Assembly: GCA_017601395.1 (NCBI GenBank)
Contig: JAFNIQ010000004.1
Location: 1 to 57,735, forward strand
DNA: 57,735 nucleotides
Direction: 5' to 3'
DNA from: Candidatus Brockarchaeota archaeon
GTDB lineage: Archaea > Thermoproteota > EX4484-205 > JAAOZP01
Positions within the stretch are counted from its first letter, which is position 1. Each line of letters starts with the position of its first letter. This document shows positions 24,614 through 33,391 of this stretch, in pieces. The translations under genes and the position numbers were made by a program. The notes below the pieces were generated by a model that searched no databases, was not told where the DNA came from, and saw only the letters and a list, made by a program, of their open reading frames with translations.

Positions 24614-25870
24614 TTAAACAGTATAGCTTTCCCCCAGCTCCGGGGCTACTGCGTCAAGCCCGAGACGGCTTCTAGCGTATTCCGCCAGTTTCTCACAGTT
24701 ATCTGAATCGCCGTGGACTGTGAAAGTTTTCTCCGCCTTAATCCTGCTTATCAGTTCTTCAAGCTGATCCTTCCCGCTGTGTGAAGAAAGCTCGAAATGC
24801 TTTACTTCAGCCTTGACCTTAGCCAGTTTCCCATTCACCGTCACTATTTTCCTTTCTAGAAGAAGCCTCCCCGGTGTTCCTTCAACCTGATAACTGACGA
24901 ACGCTATTAGGTTTCTATCCGACTTTCCAACCTCTTTAAGATAGAAGTTAACGGGGCCTCCTTGAAGCATGCCGGCTGGCGTGACGATCACGCCGGGCCT
25001 CTTTAAAGCCCCCTCCCTCTGCCTCTGCGTGGTTATCCATATTACTTGCTTGGCTGCTTTCTCGAGCAGACCAGGGTTGGATAACCATTCTGGGAAATCG
25101 AAAAGTATCTCCGTCACAGTCCTAGCCATGCCGTCGTAATACACGTTGTGGGGGAAATCGTGTTTAGCAAGTATTGTTATCACTTCCTGAGCCCTCCCCA
25201 ACCCGAATGCTGGGACAAGCGCTATGCCGCCTCTTTCAACAGTTTCACTAAGCTTTCTGACGAACCTCGCTTCAACCTCCTCCCTGGAGGGATGATTCTT
25301 ATTCGCATAAGTGCTTTCAACAATAGCTATGTCGACCGGGGGATAATCAGTGTAAGCACCTTTCAACAGGGTTGTTTCAATCGTGTTAATGTCTCCAGTG
25401 TAAAGCACCCTCTTCCCGTCAAGCTCGAGCAAAACCTGTCCTCCTCCGGGAGTATGACCTGCTGACAGGAATACGAGTTTAAAACCGTCTCTAGAGAACT
25501 CCTCCTGGTAACCGAGCTTTCTCGACTTGCTTATGAACCTGTCTATTTCAAGTACTTCAAACGGAACAGTTTCTTTCGACACTCTGATGAAATCCAGCAG
25601 TATCAGTTTAGCAAGCGGTGCTGTTAAACTTGTTAGGAAAGACTCTCTCACTCCGCTTATGAAAAATATTGGGGCAGCTCCAACATGATCCAGGTGAGCA
25701 TGCGTTACAATTATGCCGTCTACTTCCCTGGGCGGGATGTGCATGGGGTATTTAACCTGCCTTCCAGAAAGCATTACTCCAGCATCTAGGAGTAGGCGTT
25801 TCTCCCCGCCCGCCAGGTAAATAGCGGATCTTCCCACTTCACGTACTCCGCCGAGAAATTTTATAAGCAT
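24614..25870 (-). CDS. beta-CASP MBL-fold ribonuclease (aCPSF2/RNase J-like, no KH domains)
   Basis: 418 aa. Motifs VTHAHLDHVG, beta-CASP region and C-terminal HSGKDQL..VHGD. Confidence 0.8.
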   Translation of the reverse strand: MLIKFLGGVREVGRSAIYLAGGEKRLLLDAGVMLSGRQVKYPMHIPPREVDGIIVTHAHLDHVGAAPIFFISGVRESFLTSLTAPLAKLILLDFIRVSKETVPFEVLEIDRFISKSRKLGYQEEFSRDGFKLVFLSAGHTPGGGQVLLELDGKRVLYTGDINTIETTLLKGAYTDYPPVDIAIVESTYANKNHPSREEVEARFVRKLSETVERGGIALVPAFGLGRAQEVITILAKHDFPHNVYYDGMARTVTEILFDFPEWLSNPGLLEKAAKQVIWITTQRQREGALKRPGVIVTPAGMLQGGPVNFYLKEVGKSDRNLIAFVSYQVEGTPGRLLLERKIVTVNGKLAKVKAEVKHFELSSHSGKDQLEELISRIKAEKTFTVHGDSDNCEKLAEYARSRLGLDAVAPELGESYTV

Positions 25871-26026
25871 ATTTTTATCCTCTTCACCCCTTTCCTCCCA
25901 GTCTTTTATTTAAAGTTTTAAGCTCTCCGAAGTAGGAAGCATGGCCCTCACCCTGCTGCCACTAGCCTAGCGCACCTGTTATCTGAAAGTTTTAATAAGC
26001 TGGCCCTCTAAGCAAACGGCGAAGGA

Positions 26027-26662
26027 TTGCTGGAAAAAGCTCTTAGAAAAGAGGCTTGGACTGCGGACTGCATGCTGATATGTCTTCCGGGCATCGGGCT
26101 TGTAGGCTCATTGACTGGTGAGCTTCTCATGGAGTCGGCGGTTGAAAACACTCCGATTCTGGAGCTTTACCCTGAGTCTCTTCTATACGTATCAGTAACC
26201 TCTAGGGAAGGTTTGATAACTCCTCCGAAAATAACTGTCAACAAAATCCGTACAGGGGAGTTTAAGGGCGTTATTATAGTCAGGGGGGCGTCTCAGCCTA
26301 CTACTCAATTCAGCCAGTATGAGTTGGCTAGGAGGCTGGTGGAGGTTGCAGAAGAATCTGGAGTCAGGATCGTCATAGGTATAGGCGGGTACGCTATAAC
26401 CCGGGTTGGCGAGAAAAGAAAAGTCTATATTTCCTCAACCAACTGGAGGATTTCAATGCTAGGAGCCTCCCTCGGATTCCTGCCTTTAAGGGGTACTGTC
26501 GTGGGGGCTGCTGGTCTAATACCTGGGCTTGCAAGCCTACATGGTTTGGATAGTGCATGCATCCTTGTGGAGACTAATGGGGAGAGCCCCGATCTTGCTG
26601 CCGCTAAAACGGCTCGAAGTAGTATCCTCAGCTTCCTTAAAAAATATTTTTCCGAGGATTAA
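26027..26662 (+). CDS. PAC2-family proteasome assembly chaperone-like protein
   Basis: LICLPGIGLVGSLTGELL near the N-terminus and ~210 aa size fit the PAC2/COG1938 family. TTG start. Confidence 0.65.
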   Translation: MLEKALRKEAWTADCMLICLPGIGLVGSLTGELLMESAVENTPILELYPESLLYVSVTSREGLITPPKITVNKIRTGEFKGVIIVRGASQPTTQFSQYELARRLVEVAEESGVRIVIGIGGYAITRVGEKRKVYISSTNWRISMLGASLGFLPLRGTVVGAAGLIPGLASLHGLDSACILVETNGESPDLAAAKTARSSILSFLKKYFSED

Positions 26663-26672
26663 GCAGGAGAAG

Positions 26673-27122
26673 CTATTCTCTCTCTACAGAACTCTCCTTG
26701 ATGAAATCGTTATATATTTCGCTCACCTTCTCGGCGGCAAGCCCGCTTCCCTCGACAACACCGTTCTCAGTAACCCTTATCCTGTTCATCACTATTATGA
26801 CTCCCGCCTCCTCGTTATACTGAACCATTTTCGGGAAGACTCTTTCTATTCTCTCAGCAAGTTTCCTTAAATCAAGTATTGCTGTCCTCACTTCTATTCT
26901 CTTAACATCGTTCCCGTTGAGTATCGCCTTAGGAATCTTCTTGCCTCCTTTCAAATCAACGTTGTTCAAGATTACTGAAAAAGTATCGATGTCTAGCGAA
27001 GCTAAAACACCTACGAGTTCTTCTCCGCTCTGCGTAATGACCGCGACTTTCTTGCCTATTAGGCGATTAACCTCTGTCGTGAACCCTGTTCTCATCATTT
27101 TAACATCACTTTTACAGTACAC
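26673..27122 (-). CDS. Sm-like (LSm) archaeal protein with C-terminal extension (SmAP3-like)
   Basis: Sm1/Sm2-like region LIGKKVAVITQSGEELVGVLASLDIDTFSVILNNV...ILNGNDVKRIE plus an ~70-aa C-terminal domain. The start may be an internal Met. Confidence 0.55.
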   Translation of the reverse strand: MYCKSDVKMMRTGFTTEVNRLIGKKVAVITQSGEELVGVLASLDIDTFSVILNNVDLKGGKKIPKAILNGNDVKRIEVRTAILDLRKLAERIERVFPKMVQYNEEAGVIIVMNRIRVTENGVVEGSGLAAEKVSEIYNDFIKESSVERE

Positions 27123-27180
27123 TCCCTGTTTTTAATACTTTCTGAGGTAAAGAGCTTATTCTAAAACGTAGCTTTTTTTC

Positions 27181-28164
27181 ATGGCTACTTTTATTGCTCT
27201 GCTAATAGTATTTCTAGAAATGAAGCAGGAAACTGTTCAGCCACTTGCCTCCGTAAAATGTCCAAACTGTAAATCCCAGTTGGTTAACTCGGGGAACGAA
27301 CTTGTCTGCAGCAGGTGTGGCCTAGTGGTCGACTTCATAGACAAGTACGTCGCATCTTATGATCAGGAGCACGCGTTTCATGGGGACTCCTGCTACGGGA
27401 GTCTGATTGCGGAACGCGGTTTCGAAAATGGTGTCTCTAAGCTTCAGAGGAACATTTTCTACTCGGCCACTAGGAAGGAGAACGAGCTGAAATGGATAAT
27501 AGACAAGGTCTGTAGCTATTTTCACCTAGGGTCTTCGATAAGGCTGTTTTCTCACAGTATTGGTTTAACGCTGCTGCGTAATTCTAAAAGTAGAAAGATC
27601 AACTTGGCGGCGGTTGCAACATACTCTGTAGTCAGCGCAGCAAGATCCTGCAGTTTTAACATAGTTCCACATTATAAGAAAATACAGGCGTACTTGTGCA
27701 GCATAGGTTTTAAAATACGGCCGAGAGACCTGTTTAACGTGATTTCTATTGCAAGGAGGGTTGGGATTGTGGAAGCAAAATATGATGCTGGTAAAACAAT
27801 CAACGAAATAATATCTCTTGTGATGAGGAATAACCGCAAGCTTCAGTCACTCGCTGAAAGAGAAATGTTTCTAAATATTCTTAGGTCGATGTCAATCAGG
27901 CTCTTCAACGATTTAAAATCTAAGCATTACTATTTCCATGGTAAAAACCCCATGATATGTTTAGCAGCAGCCATCTATGCGGCGTCAAGGGAGGCTGCCG
28001 CCATGTTGAAAATAAAAAATCCCGTGACCCAGAGGGAGCTGGCTGGATACGTTGGGTATGCTGAGTATAGCGTTAGAGAAACATATGAAGAGTTTTTCGG
28101 AAAACCGTCTCAACCCGTTGAACCCTCATCTAAAGTAGAATCCTGCCGTTTAACAGTGCTGTAA
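27181..28164 (+). CDS. divergent transcription initiation factor B (TFB) paralogue
   Basis: Zinc ribbon CPNC..x..CSRCG and cyclin-like repeats (AAAIYAASREAA..VTQRELAGYVGYAEYSVRETYEEF). The B-reader/linker region is poorly conserved. The start could be ATG 27220 (MKQETV). Confidence 0.7.
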   Translation: MATFIALLIVFLEMKQETVQPLASVKCPNCKSQLVNSGNELVCSRCGLVVDFIDKYVASYDQEHAFHGDSCYGSLIAERGFENGVSKLQRNIFYSATRKENELKWIIDKVCSYFHLGSSIRLFSHSIGLTLLRNSKSRKINLAAVATYSVVSAARSCSFNIVPHYKKIQAYLCSIGFKIRPRDLFNVISIARRVGIVEAKYDAGKTINEIISLVMRNNRKLQSLAEREMFLNILRSMSIRLFNDLKSKHYYFHGKNPMICLAAAIYAASREAAAMLKIKNPVTQRELAGYVGYAEYSVRETYEEFFGKPSQPVEPSSKVESCRLTVL

Positions 28165-28577
28165 ACACGTTCAAACTCGAAGAAGCCTTCTAGGTCGCTC
28201 ACGCGAATCCTGCACTCGATCTCTACTAAAAACTCTTCCTCACGGGATTCAATAGTGTAGTCAAACTGGACAAGTATTCCGCACTCTTTGAAAAATTCTT
28301 CATAAAGGTTTTCCGTTTTAAAGCGTTCAATCTTGTCCATTAGGGTTTTCTTTAACTCGGAGAAATTTCCTTGGGAAGAACTCATACTTGCTTCTGTAAT
28401 GTTCTCCAAGCTGCTGAAAATATCTTTTACCAGGGAATCGGCTAAAACAAGCTTCGCTCTCTGTTTTAAAAAGCCTAACAGAAGGGTGCTTCCAGACTGG
28501 ACCATTAGGTTCGCTATCAAAAGTGAAGCCATAATGATTGTTGAGGCGACTATAGGTATCATCCACGTTTTAATCAT
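28110..28577 (-). CDS. small protein with N-terminal hydrophobic anchor (pilin/pseudopilin-like)
   Basis: 155 aa with N-terminus MIKTWMIPIVASTIIMASLLIANL. Overlaps the upstream ORF by 4 nt. Last gene of the minus-strand pilin-like operon. Confidence 0.5.
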   Translation of the reverse strand: MIKTWMIPIVASTIIMASLLIANLMVQSGSTLLLGFLKQRAKLVLADSLVKDIFSSLENITEASMSSSQGNFSELKKTLMDKIERFKTENLYEEFFKECGILVQFDYTIESREEEFLVEIECRIRVSDLEGFFEFERVYSTVKRQDSTLDEGSTG

Positions 28578-28957
28578 TTCTCGACGCTCACCGCTATGCT
28601 CACAACATCTTCGCTGCTGACTCTGATTATTCGAACAAGCCTAGTATGGTGTTCGCCAGGATTGCCTGAGGCCTGCTTATTCTCCACTATTATTCTTCCA
28701 TTCTGCTTGCTCAGAAGCTCTATTTTGCTCCACTTAACCCTGTTAGAGCTCAGGATCCTGGTGACTTCGCTGAGCAGGGCCTCAGAATCGGCCAGAGTTT
28801 GACGAGGGATCTTTGCGAGGCTGATCTCTAAAGCCAAGTCTATGTTTATTACCTCTATTTTTTCAAACACGGTTCTGATGCTTTGCGAGACAGTTATTAT
28901 CGGTATTAACAGGAGAGTGCTCAGGACGATTGCAATGACACCCTCTAAAAACTGCAT
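28574..28957 (-). CDS. small protein with N-terminal hydrophobic anchor (pilin-like)
   Basis: 127 aa. The N-terminus MQFLEGVIAIVLSTLLLIPI resembles Flp/class III-type mature N-termini. Confidence 0.5.
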   Translation of the reverse strand: MQFLEGVIAIVLSTLLLIPIITVSQSIRTVFEKIEVINIDLALEISLAKIPRQTLADSEALLSEVTRILSSNRVKWSKIELLSKQNGRIIVENKQASGNPGEHHTRLVRIIRVSSEDVVSIAVSVEK

Positions 28958-28963
28958 TCTTCT

Positions 28964-29095
28964 TCACGCTTGTTCAGCCAGCCAGGTTAAGGTGGAAACA
29001 TTGCTTAAGGTGAGAATAAGAGCCAACGCTAATTCTAAGACTAGTAGAAAAATCAGGAATGATGATGCTAGGAAATCTAGAAGCTTGTCGCTCAT
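28964..29095 (-). CDS. 43-aa hydrophobic micro-protein (not in ORF track)
   Basis: MSDKLLDFLASSFLIFLLVLELALALILTLSNVSTLTWLAEQA. Its ATG overlaps the stop of the upstream ORF (ATGA). Its stop lies 6 nt before the next ATG. Confidence 0.45.
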   Translation of the reverse strand: MSDKLLDFLASSFLIFLLVLELALALILTLSNVSTLTWLAEQA

Positions 29096-29472
29096 CGTTT
29101 GGTTAAAACAAACCCGTTCTCCGATGTTTTCACGGAGTATGTTCCACCCGGCTCTATTGGCACGCTGTTAAACCTGTATTCCCAGGCTCCGTGGAAGACC
29201 CGAATCCCGTGAATCATGATGGAGTATTCATTATCATTAAGCAGGATTGAATAGTTGAATAAAGGTGTTTCTGGCATAGATAGGGTGAATTCCCCGCCAT
29301 ACTCTGCTGAAAGATCAGCGTGTTTACCTATTAAAAACAGGATGTTGTTAAAAACCTTGTTTAAGAAAACTGTTCTAACAGTATCTGTGGCATGAAGCAA
29401 TGTAAAGCTTACTACGAGTGTTAAAGATATCCAGAGAGCGTCTTTCAAATGTTCCTCAAGAATCTCGTTCAA
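29092..29472 (-). CDS. small protein with N-terminal hydrophobic anchor (pilin-like)
   Basis: 126 aa with hydrophobic segment ALWISLTLVVSFTLL near the N-terminus. Part of a tightly packed operon. Confidence 0.5.
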   Translation of the reverse strand: MNEILEEHLKDALWISLTLVVSFTLLHATDTVRTVFLNKVFNNILFLIGKHADLSAEYGGEFTLSMPETPLFNYSILLNDNEYSIMIHGIRVFHGAWEYRFNSVPIEPGGTYSVKTSENGFVLTKR

Positions 29473-29483
29473 GCTGTTTCACC

Positions 29484-29627
29484 CTAGCTTGCAGTAAGCA
29501 GTTTAGCCACGCCCTCATAAATCTGCTTAATCATAGGTATGACTCGCTCCAATAAGTAGGCTAAGCCTAGTCCAAGAAGTACTGCAGAGAGCAGTATTAC
29601 CAGGGTTTTCTCAAGCAGGCTGCTCAT
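29484..29627 (-). CDS. 47-aa helix-loop-helix hydrophobic micro-protein (not in ORF track)
   Basis: MSSLLEKTLVILLSAVLLGLGLAYLLERVIPMIKQIYEGVAKLLTAS. A strong SD (AGGAGGGATA) lies 5 nt upstream of the ATG. First gene of the minus-strand operon. Confidence 0.5.
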   Translation of the reverse strand: MSSLLEKTLVILLSAVLLGLGLAYLLERVIPMIKQIYEGVAKLLTAS

Positions 29628-29762
29628 AGGTATCCCTCCTCTTAAGCCGCCCAGCCTTCACACGCATTTTCCAATCCCAAGTTTATCAGCGTCCTAAGCC
29701 TTATAACCGCCAACGTGGTCAGTATTGGTGAATAAATAGGTTTCCACTATTCTGGTTTATGG

Positions 29763-29912
29763 ATGATCTTCCAAGACGACCTGCTGGTTAACGCAATACT
29801 TCAGGAGATAGAGGATTTGAAGGTGAACATAGGGAAGTTGAACACTAGAATTTTAAACCTTGAGAAAAAGTATCGGGAGTTAACTGAGCTCCTAAAGGTT
29901 GCTTCAAAATGA
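29763..29912 (+). CDS. 49-aa coiled-coil micro-protein (not in ORF track)
   Basis: MIFQDDLLVNAILQEIEDLKVNIGKLNTRILNLEKKYRELTELLKVASK. Its stop overlaps the ATPase start (ATGA). Confidence 0.4.
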   Translation: MIFQDDLLVNAILQEIEDLKVNIGKLNTRILNLEKKYRELTELLKVASK

Positions 29913-31789
29913 GCAGCATCCAACAGGGTTTCCTCTATGCCGGTTTTGAAAGGAAATGGGCTTGGGACAGTAGGGGTAGAACCTTGTTCCTGTCATATCC
30001 GGAATCCCGGGAAACGGATCCATGGCTTATCTGCGACATTATGCATAAGCTCACGTATTTCAAGCCGGAGAGAATCCTGATACGTGTTAAGGAACGTTTG
30101 CTCGAAGTCCGAGAGCAATATGTCGGGCTGTTACAGGATCTCTCTAGAGAGATCGAGAAGGAGAAGGAAGAGCTTTACAAAAGACTTTTGGAGAAGCGTG
30201 AGGAGAATAGCCTTGGCTTAAACTCTATTCGAGGAATTCTTTCCATAAGGCCATTCTATGGAAGCGTATATTCTAAGCCGTTACTACGGCTTCCCGCATC
30301 TGTCAAGCTTTTCTCCGAACGCGGGCTCCAGGAATTTGAAGGGGTTTTTCAAGGCTCGTGGCTGGCTGAACACAGCTATGTGCTTGGCCACCTGTTGTAC
30401 TGTGTGAATGCTAAAGACGGTTACTATAGGGTTTTTTTCAAGTCTGACGATTACTTCTGGATTGAGAAGGAGCTTTCAAAAATTCTGCGCCTAGCCTACT
30501 CTAAGAGAATGCTTAGAACCGGCAGGTTTAAAGACATATTTAGCTACAGGTTTAAAGCCGGCTTAAGGTTTCTGAAGGTGTTAGCGCAGTTGGAAGCTGC
30601 GGAGCCGGTGGGCTCCATAGTTAAGCATGCCGTGTACTCTTCCATAGGATTGTCGAAAATATATCCCTTGTTGAACGATAGCGGTGTGCAGTGTTTCTTC
30701 TTGGATGATGTTGGGAGGAGGATTTACGTTGACCATGCTCGTTTCGGAAGGCTTAGTACAAACCTCGTGTTTAAAGAAAGGGATTTTGAAAGCCTTGTGT
30801 CGCTCGTGAAAAGAGAATCCGGCTTAAACCTGGATTACTCTAACCCCTCGATTAAAACCGCTATTGTCTTCGACAGGGTTTTGACAAGGGTTTCAATAGA
30901 TATTCCTCCCCTAGCGTTAGGGAAAGGCGTTTTAGACGTGCGGAAACATGTGGCGAACGTGCTTCACCTCAGAGTCCTTTTAGGATCAGGATATTTTTCA
31001 GTTGAGGCTGCTGCTTTCCTAATCTTCGCCATTCTAAACCGTGCCAACATCTCTATCGTGGGGGAGCCGAATTCTGGGAAAACTTCTCTTCTAAACTTTC
31101 TAAGCTATTTTGCTCCCTCATGGTGGCGCATAGTACACGTTGAGGATGCTCTTGAAACGCTTCCCCCAAGGGTCTTCGACCAGCATAGAGTAGTGTACAT
31201 TGTGGAGCCATTTGAAACTAAGGGGAGAAGCGACACTAAGACGCTTGAAATAGTTAAGGCTCTTCACAGGACTCCCTCCTACCTTATACTTGGTGAAGTT
31301 CAGACCGGGAGCCACGTTAAAGCAATGTTCCGCGCAGTCTCAGCCGGCCTGAGAATAATGCATACTGCGCACGCCGCTTCCGGCAGGGGCTTCGTTAAAA
31401 GGCTTGTAGACGTTTACAATATCCCTAGGATACTGCTTTCTGAGCTTGATCTGATAATAGTTATGAAGAGGCTTGAGGCAAATAATTTTGTTAAACGGTT
31501 TATTGGGGAAATAGCTGTTATAGATGGAGATTCAAACCTTATCGAAATATTTTCGAGGCGTACCGTTACAGACGAGTTATGCTGCTACCTTGGGCTAGAG
31601 TCCTCAGGGTTTTTCGGGAAACTAGCTGGTTTAAGCTGCATAGATGAGAAAAATCTTCAGGAGGAGTATGAAGCCATCTTGAAAATGGTTGAAGAAAACC
31701 GTTTTTCAGATAATTTCACCGTTAAAAGGCTTGTCCAAAAAATCCATGTGGAAACACTTGGGAAGACTGGGGGTGGGTTTCAAAAGTGA
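29909..31789 (+). CDS. PilB/FlaI/VirB11-class secretion ATPase with ~380-aa N-terminal extension
   Basis: Walker A GEPNSGKTSLLN, Asp box IVHVEDALE, Walker B YLILGEVQ and His box MHTAHAAS. Confidence 0.8.
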   Translation: MSSIQQGFLYAGFERKWAWDSRGRTLFLSYPESRETDPWLICDIMHKLTYFKPERILIRVKERLLEVREQYVGLLQDLSREIEKEKEELYKRLLEKREENSLGLNSIRGILSIRPFYGSVYSKPLLRLPASVKLFSERGLQEFEGVFQGSWLAEHSYVLGHLLYCVNAKDGYYRVFFKSDDYFWIEKELSKILRLAYSKRMLRTGRFKDIFSYRFKAGLRFLKVLAQLEAAEPVGSIVKHAVYSSIGLSKIYPLLNDSGVQCFFLDDVGRRIYVDHARFGRLSTNLVFKERDFESLVSLVKRESGLNLDYSNPSIKTAIVFDRVLTRVSIDIPPLALGKGVLDVRKHVANVLHLRVLLGSGYFSVEAAAFLIFAILNRANISIVGEPNSGKTSLLNFLSYFAPSWWRIVHVEDALETLPPRVFDQHRVVYIVEPFETKGRSDTKTLEIVKALHRTPSYLILGEVQTGSHVKAMFRAVSAGLRIMHTAHAASGRGFVKRLVDVYNIPRILLSELDLIIVMKRLEANNFVKRFIGEIAVIDGDSNLIEIFSRRTVTDELCCYLGLESSGFFGKLAGLSCIDEKNLQEEYEAILKMVEENRFSDNFTVKRLVQKIHVETLGKTGGGFQK

Positions 31790-32352
31790 TCTTTCAAAGG
31801 CTTTTAAGGAGAATTTTTAACGATGACGATAGGCATGCTTATGAAGTAATAACTCCAATCGTAGCTGAAATAATAATAGCCAAATCTGCATACAACAATT
31901 TTTACAGGGCTATTCGCGACGTTTCAAGTAAAAACTATGAGGGTGTTTCCACAGCCTTGTGTTATTGTCTTGAACAGGGTCTGAACGGTATGGATATTCA
32001 GAGAGCGTTGAACAAGGCTCTCCGGAAACACCCTGATCTTCTGAATGCGATTACTCATGTGGTTCAAAACACTCCTGGGCAGAGAGTCGATCCAGAGAAG
32101 ACGCTAATGCTGTTCAGAATCCTTGAGTCGAAAGCCAGGATGAAATACCATGAGTACACGTTAAAGCTTAACTCTATAATTTCCTTATTCTTCTTCTACG
32201 TGTTTCTTGTCCCAACACCAATAATATTGGCCTCAGGGTTTTCACCAGAGACTTCAACAATCCTGTTTTCAGTATTCTTTATCATAAGCATCATGGTTTT
32301 CACCATCTTCTTCAATAAGATCGGAAGGATTAGGAGTGTCCTGCTAGGTTGA
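31786..32352 (+). CDS. membrane protein, probable split TadB/TadC/FlaJ-like platform component (part 1)
   Basis: 188 aa with a soluble helical N-terminus and C-terminal hydrophobic helices. GTG start overlaps the ATPase stop by 4 nt. Confidence 0.5.
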   Translation: MIFQRLLRRIFNDDDRHAYEVITPIVAEIIIAKSAYNNFYRAIRDVSSKNYEGVSTALCYCLEQGLNGMDIQRALNKALRKHPDLLNAITHVVQNTPGQRVDPEKTLMLFRILESKARMKYHEYTLKLNSIISLFFFYVFLVPTPIILASGFSPETSTILFSVFFIISIMVFTIFFNKIGRIRSVLLG

Positions 32353-33143
32353 GGCAAACAACCTTTTCCCTAGTAATGGGGCTCGGGGCGCTCGCCTTTT
32401 TAATGCCTGTGTTAAAGCTTAAACCGTATGTTGCATTCTCAATCCAGCTCTTAGTCTACACGCTAATACTGTCTCAGAGAGGGGAAAGCGGTGCCGAAAA
32501 CCTTTCGGAGACCGTTGACTTAACACTAGTAGGAAGGTTGGCAGATAACCCTGAAAACTTGAACCTGGAAAGCTCAGTTTTCAAAACACTGTCGGATTTA
32601 GATTTTGAAACTGGTTTCCGTGATCTTTTCGAAAAGGCTGTGCGCCGCAGCGTAAATGGGCACCCGTTAGAGAAAACTTTAATCTCCTATTCCGGTGAAC
32701 TTGGCCAAACAGGCAGGCTTCTAATCAGGCTTGCTTCAAGCCTTTTCGCCAAAGATGCTGTATCCGCCAAAAAGATCCTGAAAAGCTATGTGATCCTTCT
32801 CAGGGAAAACGAGGCTTTGAAGAATGAGAGAAAAACACTGTTTTCAGAAGCCAGGTTCAGGGCTAGAATAATGCTTACAGTAAGCTCCTCCTTAATGGGT
32901 TTCCTCTCGGCTGCAACTCCTGTTCTAAACGCTTTCTCAGCTTTTTCAGCCACACCCGTTTTACAGAGTGATTCCTCGCTGCTTCTTTCCCTCATCCTAT
33001 ACGTGTTAAGCATATCTATACTTGTCCACCGCTCCCTGGCCTTTAGGAATCTCGCTAAAACAATTCTTTACTCAGCGTTAAGCTTCGCAGTCTCATTCCT
33101 AGTTTTTAACAGCATGATCGGCGGCTTGGTAAGTCAACGGTGA
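32349..33143 (+). CDS. membrane protein, probable split TadB/TadC/FlaJ-like platform component (part 2)
   Basis: 264 aa with N- and C-terminal TM helices flanking a soluble helical domain. 4-nt overlaps on both sides. Confidence 0.5.
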   Translation: MRQTTFSLVMGLGALAFLMPVLKLKPYVAFSIQLLVYTLILSQRGESGAENLSETVDLTLVGRLADNPENLNLESSVFKTLSDLDFETGFRDLFEKAVRRSVNGHPLEKTLISYSGELGQTGRLLIRLASSLFAKDAVSAKKILKSYVILLRENEALKNERKTLFSEARFRARIMLTVSSSLMGFLSAATPVLNAFSAFSATPVLQSDSSLLLSLILYVLSISILVHRSLAFRNLAKTILYSALSFAVSFLVFNSMIGGLVSQR

Positions 33144-33391
33144 AGCCATTGGTGCTTAAATTGTTTAAGAACACTGTAATAATTGGGTTGAAGAAGATCT
33201 TGAAAACTAGGTTAAAAGGATCGCAGCTCATAGAGGAGGGTCTGCTTATAGTGTTGGCCCTAGTCATGCTTGGAGCCGTCTTCGGGGTTTCAAAGCAAAT
33301 CGTGGACAACATATCTGGGTTCTTCAACTCTCTAATAGAGGAAGTGGGCAAACTGGGTGAAAGCCTGTTCGGCTGGCTGCTGCCTAAATAA
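33140..33391 (+). CDS. Flp/class III signal peptide-type pilin candidate
   Basis: 83 aa with a basic leader ..KTRLKG followed by SQLIEEGLLIVLALVMLGAVF. This resembles the G/xxxxE[YE] Flp and archaeal prepilin cleavage context. Confidence 0.55.
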   Translation: MKPLVLKLFKNTVIIGLKKILKTRLKGSQLIEEGLLIVLALVMLGAVFGVSKQIVDNISGFFNSLIEEVGKLGESLFGWLLPK

